From an uncultured Clostridia bacterium (GTDB taxonomy: Bacteria; Bacillota; Clostridia; TANB77; CAG-508), in the NCBI GenBank assembly GCA_934183325.1, contig CAKPSH010000005.1:7749-71748 (forward strand): a stretch of 64,000 bases of DNA. Reading direction: 5' to 3'. Each line of letters opens with the position of its first letter. Position 1 is the first letter of the stretch. Position numbers and translations under genes: made by a program. Of this stretch, positions 30,489 to 41,140 are shown piece after piece. The notes below the pieces were generated by a model. It was not told where the DNA came from, did no database searches, and saw nothing but the letters and a program-made list of their open reading frames with translations.

Positions 30489-31169
30489 TTAAACAACATA
30501 TAATAAAATGCATAAAAAATGTAATAAACTAGCTATACATATACAAATATGAAACACAGAATGCATATATTTATGTTTCTTACCTACTCCATATAGTACT
30601 GCTCCTAATGTATACACTATTCCACCTGTAACTAATAATACAAAGCCAGTCGTTCCCAATAGTTGTGGTAGTATATTGATCTTAAAAATAATACACCACC
30701 CCATTATCAAATAGCAAGCCATTGAAAATATTTTATATCTCTTTAAATCTATTGAATTTAATATTATTCCGATTACTGCCATAGCCCATATTATTCCAAA
30801 TATTGTCCAACCAGTTGCTGTATTATATTCTCTTAAAGTACATAAAGCAAATGGTGTATATGATCCAGCTATCAAAAGAAATATAGAACAATGATCTAAA
30901 ATTTGAAATACTTTTTTTGCCTTTAGTTTTGGACTTAATCCATGATAGATACTCGACATAGTATATAATAAAATCATTGTTGAACCAAAAATTGCTCCAC
31001 TAACTACTCCATATACGTTTTTATGAATTGCTCCCATTATTACACATAATACAACTGCAACAATTCCAATAGCTCCACCTACAATATGTGTAGTCATATT
31101 AAATATCTCTTCACCTTTTGTATAATTTGGTAAAGTTCTATCACTTAATTTTGTTCTTTTCATAATCAT
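30489..31169 (-). CDS. Hemolysin III / PAQR-family channel protein (YqfA-like)
   Basis: Seven-TM protein with His-rich motifs typical of the hemolysin III family (HIVGG..., HSVFHICI). Confidence 0.8.
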   Translation of the reverse strand: MIMKRTKLSDRTLPNYTKGEEIFNMTTHIVGGAIGIVAVVLCVIMGAIHKNVYGVVSGAIFGSTMILLYTMSSIYHGLSPKLKAKKVFQILDHCSIFLLIAGSYTPFALCTLREYNTATGWTIFGIIWAMAVIGIILNSIDLKRYKIFSMACYLIMGWCIIFKINILPQLLGTTGFVLLVTGGIVYTLGAVLYGVGKKHKYMHSVFHICICIASLLHFLCILLYVV

Positions 31170-31271
31170 TTTTAATATTAGCTTTGCTAATATTTTCTCC
31201 TTTCTTATGTTATTTGTTTTGAATATTGCGTCATCTAGTTTTTAATACTATATCATATTATTCAAATCCAG

Positions 31272-31853
31272 TCAATATGTTAATTTCACAACATTAAATT
31301 TTCCATTACAAATTCCACATCTATACCTGTTTTGAAAATTTTTTGCTATTCTTTTTCTATAAAAAACCTGATTACATTTAATACAACTTATTTTATAATT
31401 AGGTTTTAGATTTTCCTTATACTCTATATTACTTTTTTCATAATCATCTCTTTTATTTCCAACTCTTGATATATTATATCCCAGATTTTCATTTATATAT
31501 TGAGCATATTTTTTAAATTCCTCTCCATGGTTATTGCAGTAAGGAAAACAGTGAATTATCTCATGTATTATTGTATTCTTTATAATTTTCTCATCTAATT
31601 GCATAACCCATTCACTTATTTCTATCCTGTGTTTTTTAAATTTTCCATATCTTATATATCTCTTATTTCGTATTTTTTCATAATATCTAGATGAACTATC
31701 TGGTTCTTCTTGTTTACAGCACCCATATCTACTTTTGCTTCTTTTTGATAATGCTATGTCTATTATACCATTTTTTTCATCTAAAACATCTATCTCTATA
31801 CTTTTTAGTTCATTTATACACTCCTCATATAATCTTTTTAATCTTTCTTCCAT
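31272..31853 (-). CDS. SprT-like zinc metalloprotein with C-terminal zinc ribbon
   Basis: HEIIHC (HExxH) core, plus CIKC...CGIC zinc-ribbon cysteines. Confidence 0.7.
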   Translation of the reverse strand: MEERLKRLYEECINELKSIEIDVLDEKNGIIDIALSKRSKSRYGCCKQEEPDSSSRYYEKIRNKRYIRYGKFKKHRIEISEWVMQLDEKIIKNTIIHEIIHCFPYCNNHGEEFKKYAQYINENLGYNISRVGNKRDDYEKSNIEYKENLKPNYKISCIKCNQVFYRKRIAKNFQNRYRCGICNGKFNVVKLTY

Positions 31854-31924
31854 TACTATAATGACCTTCCCAATATTAATATAATTTCATTCTAAATAAT
31901 CTCTAGACCTCTCTTTCATCTTTT

Positions 31925-32001
31925 GAAGATAAAAAACAAGAATAACATTTTCTAAGGAAACCCACTATTTCATAGATGACTTTCCAAAGAATATAAAAAA
32001 A
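31925..32001 (+). repeat. Dispersed intergenic repeat, short form (copy 3)
   Basis: GAAGATAAAAAACAAGAATAACATTTTCTAAGGAAACCCACTATTTCATAGATGACTTTCCAAAGAATATAAAAAAA. Lacks the central 48-nt hairpin segment. Confidence 0.9.
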
Positions 32002-32026
32002 GAAGCAAGTTGAACTTGCTTTTATT

Positions 32027-32102
32027 TGGTTGCGAAGGTAGGACTCGAACCTACGACCTCAGGGTTATGAGCCCTGCGAGCTACCAACTGCTCCACCTCG
32101 CG
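32027..32102 (-). tRNA. Initiator tRNA-fMet (anticodon CAT)
   Basis: Cloverleaf folds cleanly: C1xA72 mismatch, three G-C pairs closing the anticodon stem (GGG-CUCAUAA-CCC), TΨC loop TTCGAGT, 3' CCA encoded. Its own terminator is at 31995-32025. Confidence 0.9.
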
Positions 32103-32206
32103 ATATGCTTAACAATATTATTATATTCTCCATTTTAAAAATTGTCAATAGTTTTTGTTAACTTTATTACTATTATATGGATTTTTTTATAGTTTATGCC
32201 TTAATT

Positions 32207-32279
32207 ATAAAAAACAAGAATAACATTTTCTAAGGAAACTCACTATTTCATAGATGACTTTCCTAAGAATATAAAAAAA
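32207..32279 (+). repeat. Dispersed intergenic repeat, short form (copy 4)
   Basis: ATAAAAAACAAGAATAACATTTTCTAAGGAAACTCACTATTTCATAGATGACTTTCCTAAGAATATAAAAAAA. Abuts the rubrerythrin terminator hairpin at 32281-32325. Confidence 0.9.
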
Positions 32280-32325
32280 CTCAAATCTATGAACTTACTA
32301 TTCAATAGTTTGAGTTTTTCATATT

Positions 32326-32865
32326 TTAATAATTTTCAGCTTTTATTTCAAAAAATGCTTGTGGATGGTTACATACTGGGCATACTGCTGGTGCTTCTTT
32401 ACCTATACATATATGTCCACAATTTCTACATTTCCATATTCTATCTCCATCTTTTGAGAATACAAGTCCTTCTTCCATGTTTTCTATTAGTTTCTTATAT
32501 CTTTCTTCATGTTCTTTTTCAATTTTTCCCACTGCTTCAAATAAATATGCAATTCTAGAGAATCCTTCTTCTTTAGCAACTTTTGCAAATTCATCATACA
32601 TGTCTGTCCATTCATAGTTTTCACCATAAGCTGCATCTTTTAGATTTTCTAATGTAGTTGGTATATCATTATTGTGTAATAATTTAAACCATAATTTTGC
32701 ATGTTCCTTTTCATTATCAGCTGTTTCTAAAAATATAGAAGCTATTTGTTCATATCCTTCTTTTTTAGCTTTGCTAGCATAATAGGTATATTTATTTCTT
32801 GCTTGTGATTCTCCAGCAAATGCTGTCATTAAATTTTTTTCTGTTTTTGATCCTTTTAATTCCAT
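32326..32865 (-). CDS. rbr: Rubrerythrin (ferritin-like di-iron domain plus C-terminal rubredoxin-like CxxC...CxxC)
   Basis: [26 protein letters not shown]... and C-terminal CRNCGH...CPVCNH. AGGAGG RBS. Confidence 0.9.
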   Translation of the reverse strand: MELKGSKTEKNLMTAFAGESQARNKYTYYASKAKKEGYEQIASIFLETADNEKEHAKLWFKLLHNNDIPTTLENLKDAAYGENYEWTDMYDEFAKVAKEEGFSRIAYLFEAVGKIEKEHEERYKKLIENMEEGLVFSKDGDRIWKCRNCGHICIGKEAPAVCPVCNHPQAFFEIKAENY

Positions 32866-33055
32866 TTTTTTACCTCCTCTTCGATTTTCTTATTATACCA
32901 CATTTTTTTATAGAAATGCAATCTGATTTTACTTTTCTTTATTTTACTCTTTTATAAGTTATTTTTTATTTATCACTTTTTGTAATCCAAATTCTTACTA
33001 TTCTTTAACAAAATTTCATTTATATCATAAAATATAAATGAAGGAGGGCCTTTTT

Positions 33056-33460
33056 ATGTATGTTGAAAAAAACAGTCCATGTGCATTTATATTTAATGTT
33101 TTAACAAGTATAGTACTTGCTGTTGGAATTGCAAGTGTTTACTATGCTGGCTTAATTAGTTCTACCACTGCTCTTGTATATATGACTTTATTTATAGGAA
33201 TTATTGGTTTTATATTTTTCTTAGTTTTAGCATTTTACAAGAAATACTTGTGTCATTGTATTAAAGCATCTAATTTGCTAGCAAGTAGTATTGGTGCAAT
33301 AATTATTAGTGCATTTGCTTTAGCTGTTTCTGCATTTCCATCAGCTTCTGAAGCTGTAGCTATTTTTATTGCTGCCATTGTTTTCTTTTTATCTTCTTCT
33401 ATAATAGAGATTTTCGGATTATTACTTTGCATTTCTTGTGACAGATGTCACAGAGAATAA
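33056..33460 (+). CDS. Hypothetical small polytopic membrane protein with Cys-rich C-terminus
   Basis: True start is the ATG at 33056 (perfect RBS GAAGGAGGG 8 nt upstream); the track start at 33038 lies inside the RBS. Four hydrophobic segments; tail CISCDRCHRE. Confidence 0.5.
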   Translation: MYVEKNSPCAFIFNVLTSIVLAVGIASVYYAGLISSTTALVYMTLFIGIIGFIFFLVLAFYKKYLCHCIKASNLLASSIGAIIISAFALAVSAFPSASEAVAIFIAAIVFFLSSSIIEIFGLLLCISCDRCHRE

Positions 33461-33609
33461 TTAATATTAAAATTGAGCATGATTTATTAATAATCATGCT
33501 CTTAACATTACTAAAGTTTCTTATTCTCAAATAATTCGTAAATACATCTTTTTTTAATACTGTACACTTAGTAATAAAACTGTTTTTCACAAAATTGTAT
33601 TGTTTTTAA

Positions 33610-34308
33610 TTACTTTCTTTTATTTTTTATATCTTCAATTTTCTCTTTAATAGTCCACTTCTTATATTCAACTCTTTCTCTAATATTTGGGAAAGCATCA
33701 ACCAATCTTCTATGGAATACTGATTTTTTATGTATAATATCTCTAACTTTTTCTGATATTTCTATTGTGTTGTCTTTTATTTCTTTTGAAACTTGTTTTA
33801 AGTTTAATATAATCTTATATGAAACTATATTATCTATAAGATGAATTACCAATAATATTGAAATAATTATTGTTTGAATATTTTCTGGTATTAACTCTAA
33901 CTTTGATATTATAAATGGATTAGCTATATATACTATAAAACAACTTGCAATTCCGAAAAACGCTAAATTTTGTAGACATACTCTTCCATTAATATTAAAC
34001 TTTTTCTGACTATAATCCCACCATCTGGCATTAAAAAGTTTTTCCATAAAAAAGCTTGTTAAATATTCTAGAACTCCACAAATAATTATTGACATGAAAA
34101 ATGTAATTATCATATCATCTTGGTATTTTTTTAATAGAACACTTACTAAAACAACTCCATATCCATAAATTGGACATACAGGGCCAATTAAAAATCCTCT
34201 ATTAACAAACTTCTTAAATTGTATAGATTTTAAACTACTCTCCATTAACCATCCTGCAACAGCATATATGAAAAAAACTAATATATATATTTTTATTTCT
34301 TCGATCAT
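33610..34308 (-). CDS. PF06541-like polytopic membrane protein (paralog of 23109..23867) with C-terminal coiled-coil tail
   Basis: Shared motifs with the paralog (AGWLMES..., FVNRGFLIGPVCPIYGYG). AAAGGAGAA RBS. Confidence 0.6.
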   Translation of the reverse strand: MIEEIKIYILVFFIYAVAGWLMESSLKSIQFKKFVNRGFLIGPVCPIYGYGVVLVSVLLKKYQDDMIITFFMSIIICGVLEYLTSFFMEKLFNARWWDYSQKKFNINGRVCLQNLAFFGIASCFIVYIANPFIISKLELIPENIQTIIISILLVIHLIDNIVSYKIILNLKQVSKEIKDNTIEISEKVRDIIHKKSVFHRRLVDAFPNIRERVEYKKWTIKEKIEDIKNKRK

Positions 34309-34319
34309 TTTTTCTCCTT

Positions 34320-35144
34320 TTAACTATTCATTATTTTATTTAATTCTGCACCTAAGAATACCGCATAAAAGCAAGAATATGTCCACATCATTATTAACAT
34401 CAATGTAGTTAAACTACCATATGTTATTGAAAATCCTTTAAAAATTACTAAATACTTTGAAAATACAAATGATATTATATTTAATGCAAAAGCTCCAAAT
34501 AAAGCTCCATATATTTGACTTGCAAAAGTCACCTTATGCTTTGGTGTAAATTTATAAAGCATTAGAAACACTATAAAAGTAATACCTACAAATCCTAGCT
34601 GAGTAAGTATTTCGGATATTAAATTATAGTTTTTTAATCCATCAAAATGAGATTTTATTATACTTATAACACCATTTCCAAATACTAATACTACCATCCC
34701 TATAACTATTAAAAAAATAAATAATATAGTTTCAAAAAATGCTTTTAACCTTAAATATAAATATGAAGTTTTCGGTGTATTGTCAGTATTATACACTACT
34801 TGCAATCCTCTTGTTAAAGCATATAGTCCTTTACCAGCTGCCCATATTGTAAATATTACAGAAATAGAAATTGTTCCTAACGACTTTGAATATACCTCTT
34901 GCACAATTCCTAACACCATCTCACTCATACTTGATGGTATAATTTTTGAAATCACATCAAATAATGTTTGTGGGCTAACTCCTGTATATTGTATTAATGT
35001 TAAAACCAACATAATAAATGGAATAAATGATAATATCGTATAATATGAACACTGTGCTGAACTTTCACTTATATGATCTTTCTTCATATTTTTTGATAAA
35101 TCTTGCATTTGATTATATTGTTTAATTAAGTTTACTTTATTCAT
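34320..35144 (-). CDS. YihY/BrkB-family membrane protein
   Basis: Six-TM YihY/'virulence factor BrkB' architecture (…SYYTILSFIPFIML…). Confidence 0.75.
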   Translation of the reverse strand: MNKVNLIKQYNQMQDLSKNMKKDHISESSAQCSYYTILSFIPFIMLVLTLIQYTGVSPQTLFDVISKIIPSSMSEMVLGIVQEVYSKSLGTISISVIFTIWAAGKGLYALTRGLQVVYNTDNTPKTSYLYLRLKAFFETILFIFLIVIGMVVLVFGNGVISIIKSHFDGLKNYNLISEILTQLGFVGITFIVFLMLYKFTPKHKVTFASQIYGALFGAFALNIISFVFSKYLVIFKGFSITYGSLTTLMLIMMWTYSCFYAVFLGAELNKIMNS

Positions 35145-35360
35145 ACATATTCTCCAAATATAGTATAAATTATATCTTTGATTTTATTTTCTGTCAATTT
35201 AAAATAATACCTCTTTAGCTAAAAATCAAATTAATTTAAATACTATTTTTATTTATTATAACATAATAATATTTTGTATTATTTTAGTTCAATATTTATA
35301 TTTGTCATTTATTTTTATGTATGATAAAATAGAAAAAAATAATTAAGAAAGGAATAAAAA

Positions 35361-36899
35361 ATGAAAAAATTAATTGAAAAACTTAATGACACAAAAATTT
35401 TACATTTAATAGTAATTGTTCTTGGTACTATTTTTATATCTATCTCAGCATTTCACTCTAATATGTGGTTTGATGAAAGTTATTCTGTAGGAATAGCCAA
35501 TCATAGTTTTAAAGATATCTGGATAATTGGCGGTTCTGATGTACATCCTATATTATATTATTTTTTCTTACACATTATAAATTTGATTTTTGGTAATAAA
35601 ATAATATTATATAGACTATTTTCTGTATTATGTGCTACTCTCTTAGGAGTTTTAGGATTTACACATATTAGAAAAGACTTTGGAGAAAAAACTGGTTTAA
35701 TATTTAGCTTTTTAGCTTTCTTTTTTCCTCCTTGTTTTGTTTATTCAGGAGAAATACGAATGTATTCGCTAGCAATGTTATTAGTATCATTAACCGCTAT
35801 TTATGCATATAGAATCTACAAAAATTTTGACAATTTTAATATAAAAAATTGGATTATTTTTGCTATATGCAGTTTAGCTTCAGCTTATACTCATTATTAT
35901 GCATTAATGACCAGTGGATTAATAAACTTAATTTTAATGATTATTCTAATAATTAAATTTATTAAAACTAAGAAATTTGATAATAATATGAAAGCTTTTA
36001 TTATATGTGGTATTATTCAGGTTATTTTATATTTACCATGGTTATTATCTCTTCTAACTCAAATGGGTCAAGTTTCATCAGGATTTTGGATTGGAATTCA
36101 CTTTCCTGATACATTAGTTGAACTATTTACATTCCAATTCACTGGTAATTTAACTGGTTCAGAATATATTTCAGTAACAATAGCATTAGTTTGGAGTGTT
36201 TTTGTTACCGCTTATATGATTTATATATATTTTACCAGTTACAAAAAAAATAAAATCAGTACAAAAAAAGAAATGTTTCCTGCTACTACTGCTCTGAAAT
36301 TATTTTTAGGAATTGCATTAGCTGCTTGTATTGTTTCACTTGTAATTTGGCGTCCTATTATTTATGCAAGATATATGCTTTGCGTTATGGGATTATTTAT
36401 TTTCTTCCTAGCTTATACTATGGATAAAAAAGGTAATAAATGGTTTAATTTCACTTTATGCACAACGGCATTACTAATATCATTAACTATAAATATTAAT
36501 TTTATTAATACTAATTATGATCAAAGCAATACTGCTCCTATTAAATTTATTAATGCAAATATTAAAGATAATGATATCTTTGTTTTTAGTAACATGATCG
36601 GAGATAATTTTGGCGGATTTGTTATTTGTGCAAATTACCCAGAAAGAACTGCTTATTATTATAATCAACAAAATTGGGGTATAGATAAAGCCTATAAAGC
36701 CTTTACAAGAGATTTTAATACAATAACTGATTTAAACGCATTAAATAATATTTCAGGTAGAATATGGATTATTAGTACTGATAATTCTGCAACACTTAAT
36801 GAAATTGAAAATAATTTTGATATAAAAATCTTAAAACAAGAACATTTTTATACTAAATATAAAAATTATCAATATACTATTTCATTAATAGAGAAATAA
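35361..36899 (+). CDS. GT-C-type membrane glycosyltransferase (GT39/ArnT/PMT_2-like)
   Basis: About 11 N-terminal TM helices with an N-terminal D-E-containing loop (MWFDESYS), then a C-terminal soluble domain. GAAAGGAA RBS. Confidence 0.65.
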   Translation: MKKLIEKLNDTKILHLIVIVLGTIFISISAFHSNMWFDESYSVGIANHSFKDIWIIGGSDVHPILYYFFLHIINLIFGNKIILYRLFSVLCATLLGVLGFTHIRKDFGEKTGLIFSFLAFFFPPCFVYSGEIRMYSLAMLLVSLTAIYAYRIYKNFDNFNIKNWIIFAICSLASAYTHYYALMTSGLINLILMIILIIKFIKTKKFDNNMKAFIICGIIQVILYLPWLLSLLTQMGQVSSGFWIGIHFPDTLVELFTFQFTGNLTGSEYISVTIALVWSVFVTAYMIYIYFTSYKKNKISTKKEMFPATTALKLFLGIALAACIVSLVIWRPIIYARYMLCVMGLFIFFLAYTMDKKGNKWFNFTLCTTALLISLTININFINTNYDQSNTAPIKFINANIKDNDIFVFSNMIGDNFGGFVICANYPERTAYYYNQQNWGIDKAYKAFTRDFNTITDLNALNNISGRIWIISTDNSATLNEIENNFDIKILKQEHFYTKYKNYQYTISLIEK

Positions 36900-36940
36900 A
36901 CTACAAGAACTCAAATGTATATCTACATTTGAGTTCTTTT

Positions 36941-39268
36941 CTATTTTCTGCTTTCATGACATATAAAATAAATAATTTGATATTTTTTTGATATTTCATT
37001 TAATAAATTAATTGCCTTTGTTAATTTTTCTTGATCTAAATTTACAAAAGGATCATCTAATATTATAAATGGCTTTTCATTTTCATATAATGCATCTACT
37101 AATGCAAACCTCATACAAATACCAATTAAATCTCTATAACCTGTACTTAAATAAGCTATCTCTTTTTTCTCTCCTTGTTCTTTAATTTGTACATTTAGCT
37201 TTACATCTACACTCGTATCAATTTTTTCTCCATTGATTATATTAATGTACTTTTCAAATCCATTAATCATACCATTTAAATAATGTGATGAAAATTCTTC
37301 TTTAGCTCTTGTTAAATATTTTTGTGTTTTATTTAATATATCATATTTTTTATTTGCTTCTAATAGTTCATTTTTTAACATTTCAATTTCATTTTCTATG
37401 TCTTCTGAATTATCCATTGTGTTAATTAATCTATTCATTTCATTCTCATCATAACTTTTTTGATTAATCAACTCATTTAATTTTTTTGATAACTGTTCAT
37501 TCCTATCTTTTATTTCTTGTATATTTTTTTCCTCAATTTCTATTACTTTTAAATTTGCAATATCATTTTCTTTTTCATAATTATTTTTATATAATTCATC
37601 TTCTTTTAATTTATTTATTAATTTTTCATATTCAATTTTCTTAGTTTTAATATTTTCAATAATATTCTTACAGTTATTATTAAATTCAATAATATTATCT
37701 TTACTAATATTTTCTGGACAATATCTATTTAAATATAAGTTTATTTCATAAATTAACTTTTCTATATTTGATTTATATTCATTTCCCTTAATTTCTTTTT
37801 CTCTAATTATTTTTTCCATATTTTTATATTCATAATATTCATTATTTATTCTATTAATATATTCATAATTAATACTTGCTTCATCAATATTATTATCATA
37901 TAAACTTACAAAATCATATATTTTTTCTTTTAATTCTTTTAAGGTTTTATTCTTTTCATTAATAACTTTATTTAATTTTTCAATATTTTCTTTTTCATCT
38001 TTTTCCTTTTTTACTAAATTAAATATTAGCCCAACTACTCCTATTAATGAAATACTATATAAATATTTTGATATAAAAATTCCTAATACTATACCACTTA
38101 TCACCAATAATAAATATATAATTATTTTTTTATTTTTCTTTTTATTTTTTTCTATTATTTCTCTCTGCTTGTTTTTTAACTCATTTAATCTCTCATTAAA
38201 TGAATTAATTTCTTTATTTGTATTTTCAATTTCACTATAAATTAAATAATTATCATTTATCTCTTTATCATTAATCTCTTTACCATAAAATTTTCTTTTT
38301 AATTCTTCGTATTTTTCTGCTTCTTCATCTTCTATAATTAATTCATCTAATTTTGCGGTTAATGAATCAATGTTAAATGCAATATTCTCATATCTTTTTA
38401 TTTCTTCATTTTCCGGTATTATATTATTAAAATATTTTTTTATTTCACTAATTTCACTCTCATCTTTTTTTATTATTCCACAGAGTTCATCGTATCTATC
38501 TTTTTTTATTTTGTTTTTCTCATTTTCAGCATTCAAGTTTATTTTTGCTTGATTATTATCAAGTTCATTTTTATATAATTTTATTGTATTTGATAAATTT
38601 TCGATTTTTTTGTTTCTTTCGTTTATTAATTCTTCATTTTTCCTTGATTGCTCTAGTTCTCTATTCTTTATAAATATTTTGTTTTCTAATTCATTAATTT
38701 TTCCCTTATTTCCTATTTTTTTATATTCTTTCATAGCTAGTGTTATTCTATTTATTGCATCCTCTGATGTATTTATATCATTTTCATTTTCTAATATGTT
38801 ACTTAATTTTGAGCTTAAACTATCATTAATTTCTACAGATATATTATTTTGAGGTATATATGTACTTCTCTCATAAGCTTGTCTATCTATCTTAAATATC
38901 TCTTCTCCAATATTTTCTGAATAATCTGAGGATTCACAATTAGTGCTCTTATTGTATAATTTAAATGTATCTTCCTTTTCTTTTATCCCAAAAAATCTCT
39001 CAATTTCATATACCTTATTATCTATTTCAATTTCTAATGTACCACCAAATTTTCCGCCTTGCCAAGGATAATATTTTTTTCTCTCATTCTCATCTATAGC
39101 TCTTTTATTTGAATTATCAAATCCATAAAACATAACTTTTATAAATGTAGCTAAAGTACTTTTACCCCATCCATTTACTTCATTTAATACATTTAATCCG
39201 TCAGAAAACTCATAATTAAATTCATGTAATTTTCCAAAATTTTGTATATAACATCTTATTATTTTCAT
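36941..39268 (-). CDS. SbcC/Rad50-like ATPase with long coiled coil and a central TM hairpin (YhaN/SbcE-like)
   Basis: N-terminal Walker A (NEVNGWGKST); C-terminal ABC signature/D-loop (ILDDPFVNLD); about 400 aa of coiled coil interrupted by a hydrophobic segment (IIIYLLLVISGIVLGIFI...). Directly downstream of the phosphoesterase gene. Confidence 0.75.
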   Translation of the reverse strand: MKIIRCYIQNFGKLHEFNYEFSDGLNVLNEVNGWGKSTLATFIKVMFYGFDNSNKRAIDENERKKYYPWQGGKFGGTLEIEIDNKVYEIERFFGIKEKEDTFKLYNKSTNCESSDYSENIGEEIFKIDRQAYERSTYIPQNNISVEINDSLSSKLSNILENENDINTSEDAINRITLAMKEYKKIGNKGKINELENKIFIKNRELEQSRKNEELINERNKKIENLSNTIKLYKNELDNNQAKINLNAENEKNKIKKDRYDELCGIIKKDESEISEIKKYFNNIIPENEEIKRYENIAFNIDSLTAKLDELIIEDEEAEKYEELKRKFYGKEINDKEINDNYLIYSEIENTNKEINSFNERLNELKNKQREIIEKNKKKNKKIIIYLLLVISGIVLGIFISKYLYSISLIGVVGLIFNLVKKEKDEKENIEKLNKVINEKNKTLKELKEKIYDFVSLYDNNIDEASINYEYINRINNEYYEYKNMEKIIREKEIKGNEYKSNIEKLIYEINLYLNRYCPENISKDNIIEFNNNCKNIIENIKTKKIEYEKLINKLKEDELYKNNYEKENDIANLKVIEIEEKNIQEIKDRNEQLSKKLNELINQKSYDENEMNRLINTMDNSEDIENEIEMLKNELLEANKKYDILNKTQKYLTRAKEEFSSHYLNGMINGFEKYINIINGEKIDTSVDVKLNVQIKEQGEKKEIAYLSTGYRDLIGICMRFALVDALYENEKPFIILDDPFVNLDQEKLTKAINLLNEISKKYQIIYFICHESRK

Positions 39269-39284
39269 TATTTTCTCCTGTTCT

Positions 39285-40361
39285 TTATAACTCTTCCCCT
39301 GTTAATGCTTTCAATCCTGTAATAATAATTTCTTTTTTTTCTTCTTCTGTTAAATTTTCTTTTAAAATCATTCTAATAAATTCTCCTTTGAGTGAAGCAT
39401 CATTTTCATAATCCAAATAATTTATTTTTAATGTTGTTTTATCATAGATTTTAACATAATAAAATTCTTCATTATATTTTTTTAACAAATAATCAATATC
39501 TCTTTCTGAATTAATATCTACTTTTCCAACTAAAATTATTTTTATTAAATTTTGTTTCGAAATTTTCTCTATCTTTTCATTTATTTTTTGTTCAACTTCT
39601 GTTGTTGTCATAGTATCTGACACATCAACTTCTAGCTCCTCAAGTGTTCTAATTGAATTAGATATAAATTTTGTTTCTAGTTTATTATTTTCAATATTTA
39701 AAAGTACAAAGCCTTTTTCTCCACATTCATCAAAGCCCCTACCTTCAAGACATCCAGAATAGCAATATATTCCTCTATTATCCAATTTTTCTAATTTATA
39801 TTTATGAATGTGTCCTAATGCTAAATAATCAATATTCTTATTTTTTAGTTCTCTTAGATTTATAATTTCTGTCTTATCTTTTTTATTTTCATAGTTAGAC
39901 TCTTGTCCATGTAATACTACTATATTAAAATCACTTTGATTTAGCATTAATGATTTGTATATTTCATAACTATCTTTTTTACCAAATTCTATTCCTGATA
40001 TTGCAACATTCTCATATTTATATGAATTCCATTCATTTTTATTAAATAATTTTAAATTATCAGGAATTTCGTCTATTATAAAGTTTTCTTCATCATGATT
40101 TCCCTTTAAGTATATAAAATCTATATTCTTATTAGCCAATATTGTATCTCTAACAATATTCTTAGCCTTCACTGATACTTTATTTTTATCAAATAAATCT
40201 CCAGCAATAATAATAATTCTAACATCATTATTATTTGCAAAATTAACCATATTTTGAAAACTATATAAAATTTCATCTCTTCTTTGTTTTGCTTTCTCCT
40301 TATCTAAATTGGCTTCTAGTTTAGAATCCAAATGCAAGTCACTACAATGTATAATTTTCAT
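39285..40361 (-). CDS. SbcD/Mre11-like calcineurin-type metallophosphoesterase (YhaO/SbcF-like)
   Basis: MKIIHCSDLHLD...GDLFD...GNHD... phosphoesterase motifs I-V. Confidence 0.8.
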   Translation of the reverse strand: MKIIHCSDLHLDSKLEANLDKEKAKQRRDEILYSFQNMVNFANNNDVRIIIIAGDLFDKNKVSVKAKNIVRDTILANKNIDFIYLKGNHDEENFIIDEIPDNLKLFNKNEWNSYKYENVAISGIEFGKKDSYEIYKSLMLNQSDFNIVVLHGQESNYENKKDKTEIINLRELKNKNIDYLALGHIHKYKLEKLDNRGIYCYSGCLEGRGFDECGEKGFVLLNIENNKLETKFISNSIRTLEELEVDVSDTMTTTEVEQKINEKIEKISKQNLIKIILVGKVDINSERDIDYLLKKYNEEFYYVKIYDKTTLKINYLDYENDASLKGEFIRMILKENLTEEEKKEIIITGLKALTGEEL

Positions 40362-40593
40362 TACTATTGTTCCTTTCCATATTATTCTATCTTTTGTTTT
40401 TTTATATTTTCTTTTATTGTATTTTATATTAACAGTTTTTTATTGTCAATATATAATACGAAAAAATGTTCTGTATCCTAATAATTAATTTTAAGTTATG
40501 AATTTCTTTTTATTCATCGTTATCTTATAATATCATATAAAAAATAACCATTATTACTAATTTTTATTTTAATAATAATGGCTATTTTTTTAT

Positions 40594-41136
40594 TTATTTA
40601 ACTATATTACTCAATACTTTTCCAACAATATGTACAATTTGGGTTGAATTTTTATTTGCTATAACTTTGCCATAAGCTTTTCCTCCGACAGTTAATGATG
40701 CAACTAACGCACTTATTAAATATTGTATAAAATAAGGCAATCCATAGTTTTCAGTCAACTTAACCGCAATTAAAGCACTGATTGATCCACTTAAAACTCC
40801 ACATACATCTCCAATAACATCTGCACAAATATTTGCAACAATTGCTGAATTCTTAATTAACTTTATTGATGTTTTTGAACCTTTTACTTTTTTGGTAGCC
40901 TTAGCATGAAATTCTGCTTCATCAGCTACTGTAACTGCAACACCAATAATATCTGTTAAAATTCCGACAAATATTACAGCAATTAAAATCAATATTGCAA
41001 AAAATATATTTAGGTTTGACATTCCATTAGTCGTTATATATGACATTACTAATGATAATGTAAAGGTTATAGCAAATGATTGAATAATCCATCTCGATTT
41101 AGGTTTTTCTTCATTTTTTTGCAATTCTTTATTCAC
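40594..41136 (-). CDS. Small (about 20 kDa) four-TM membrane protein; OapA-like by size and context (directly downstream of the candidate large ncRNA)
   Basis: Four hydrophobic helices. The in-frame GTG at 41134-41136 directly abuts AGGAGA, so the real start may be the TTG at 41122-41124. Confidence 0.55.
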   Translation of the reverse strand: MNKELQKNEEKPKSRWIIQSFAITFTLSLVMSYITTNGMSNLNIFFAILILIAVIFVGILTDIIGVAVTVADEAEFHAKATKKVKGSKTSIKLIKNSAIVANICADVIGDVCGVLSGSISALIAVKLTENYGLPYFIQYLISALVASLTVGGKAYGKVIANKNSTQIVHIVGKVLSNIVK

Positions 41137-41140
41137 TCTC

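Noticed and set aside
33399-33590. 63-aa minus-strand ORF between the PF06541 paralog and the plus-strand membrane-protein gene
   Set aside because: Overlaps the 3' end of the 33056-33460 CDS on the opposite strand and sits in the convergent terminator region. No RBS. Likely spurious.
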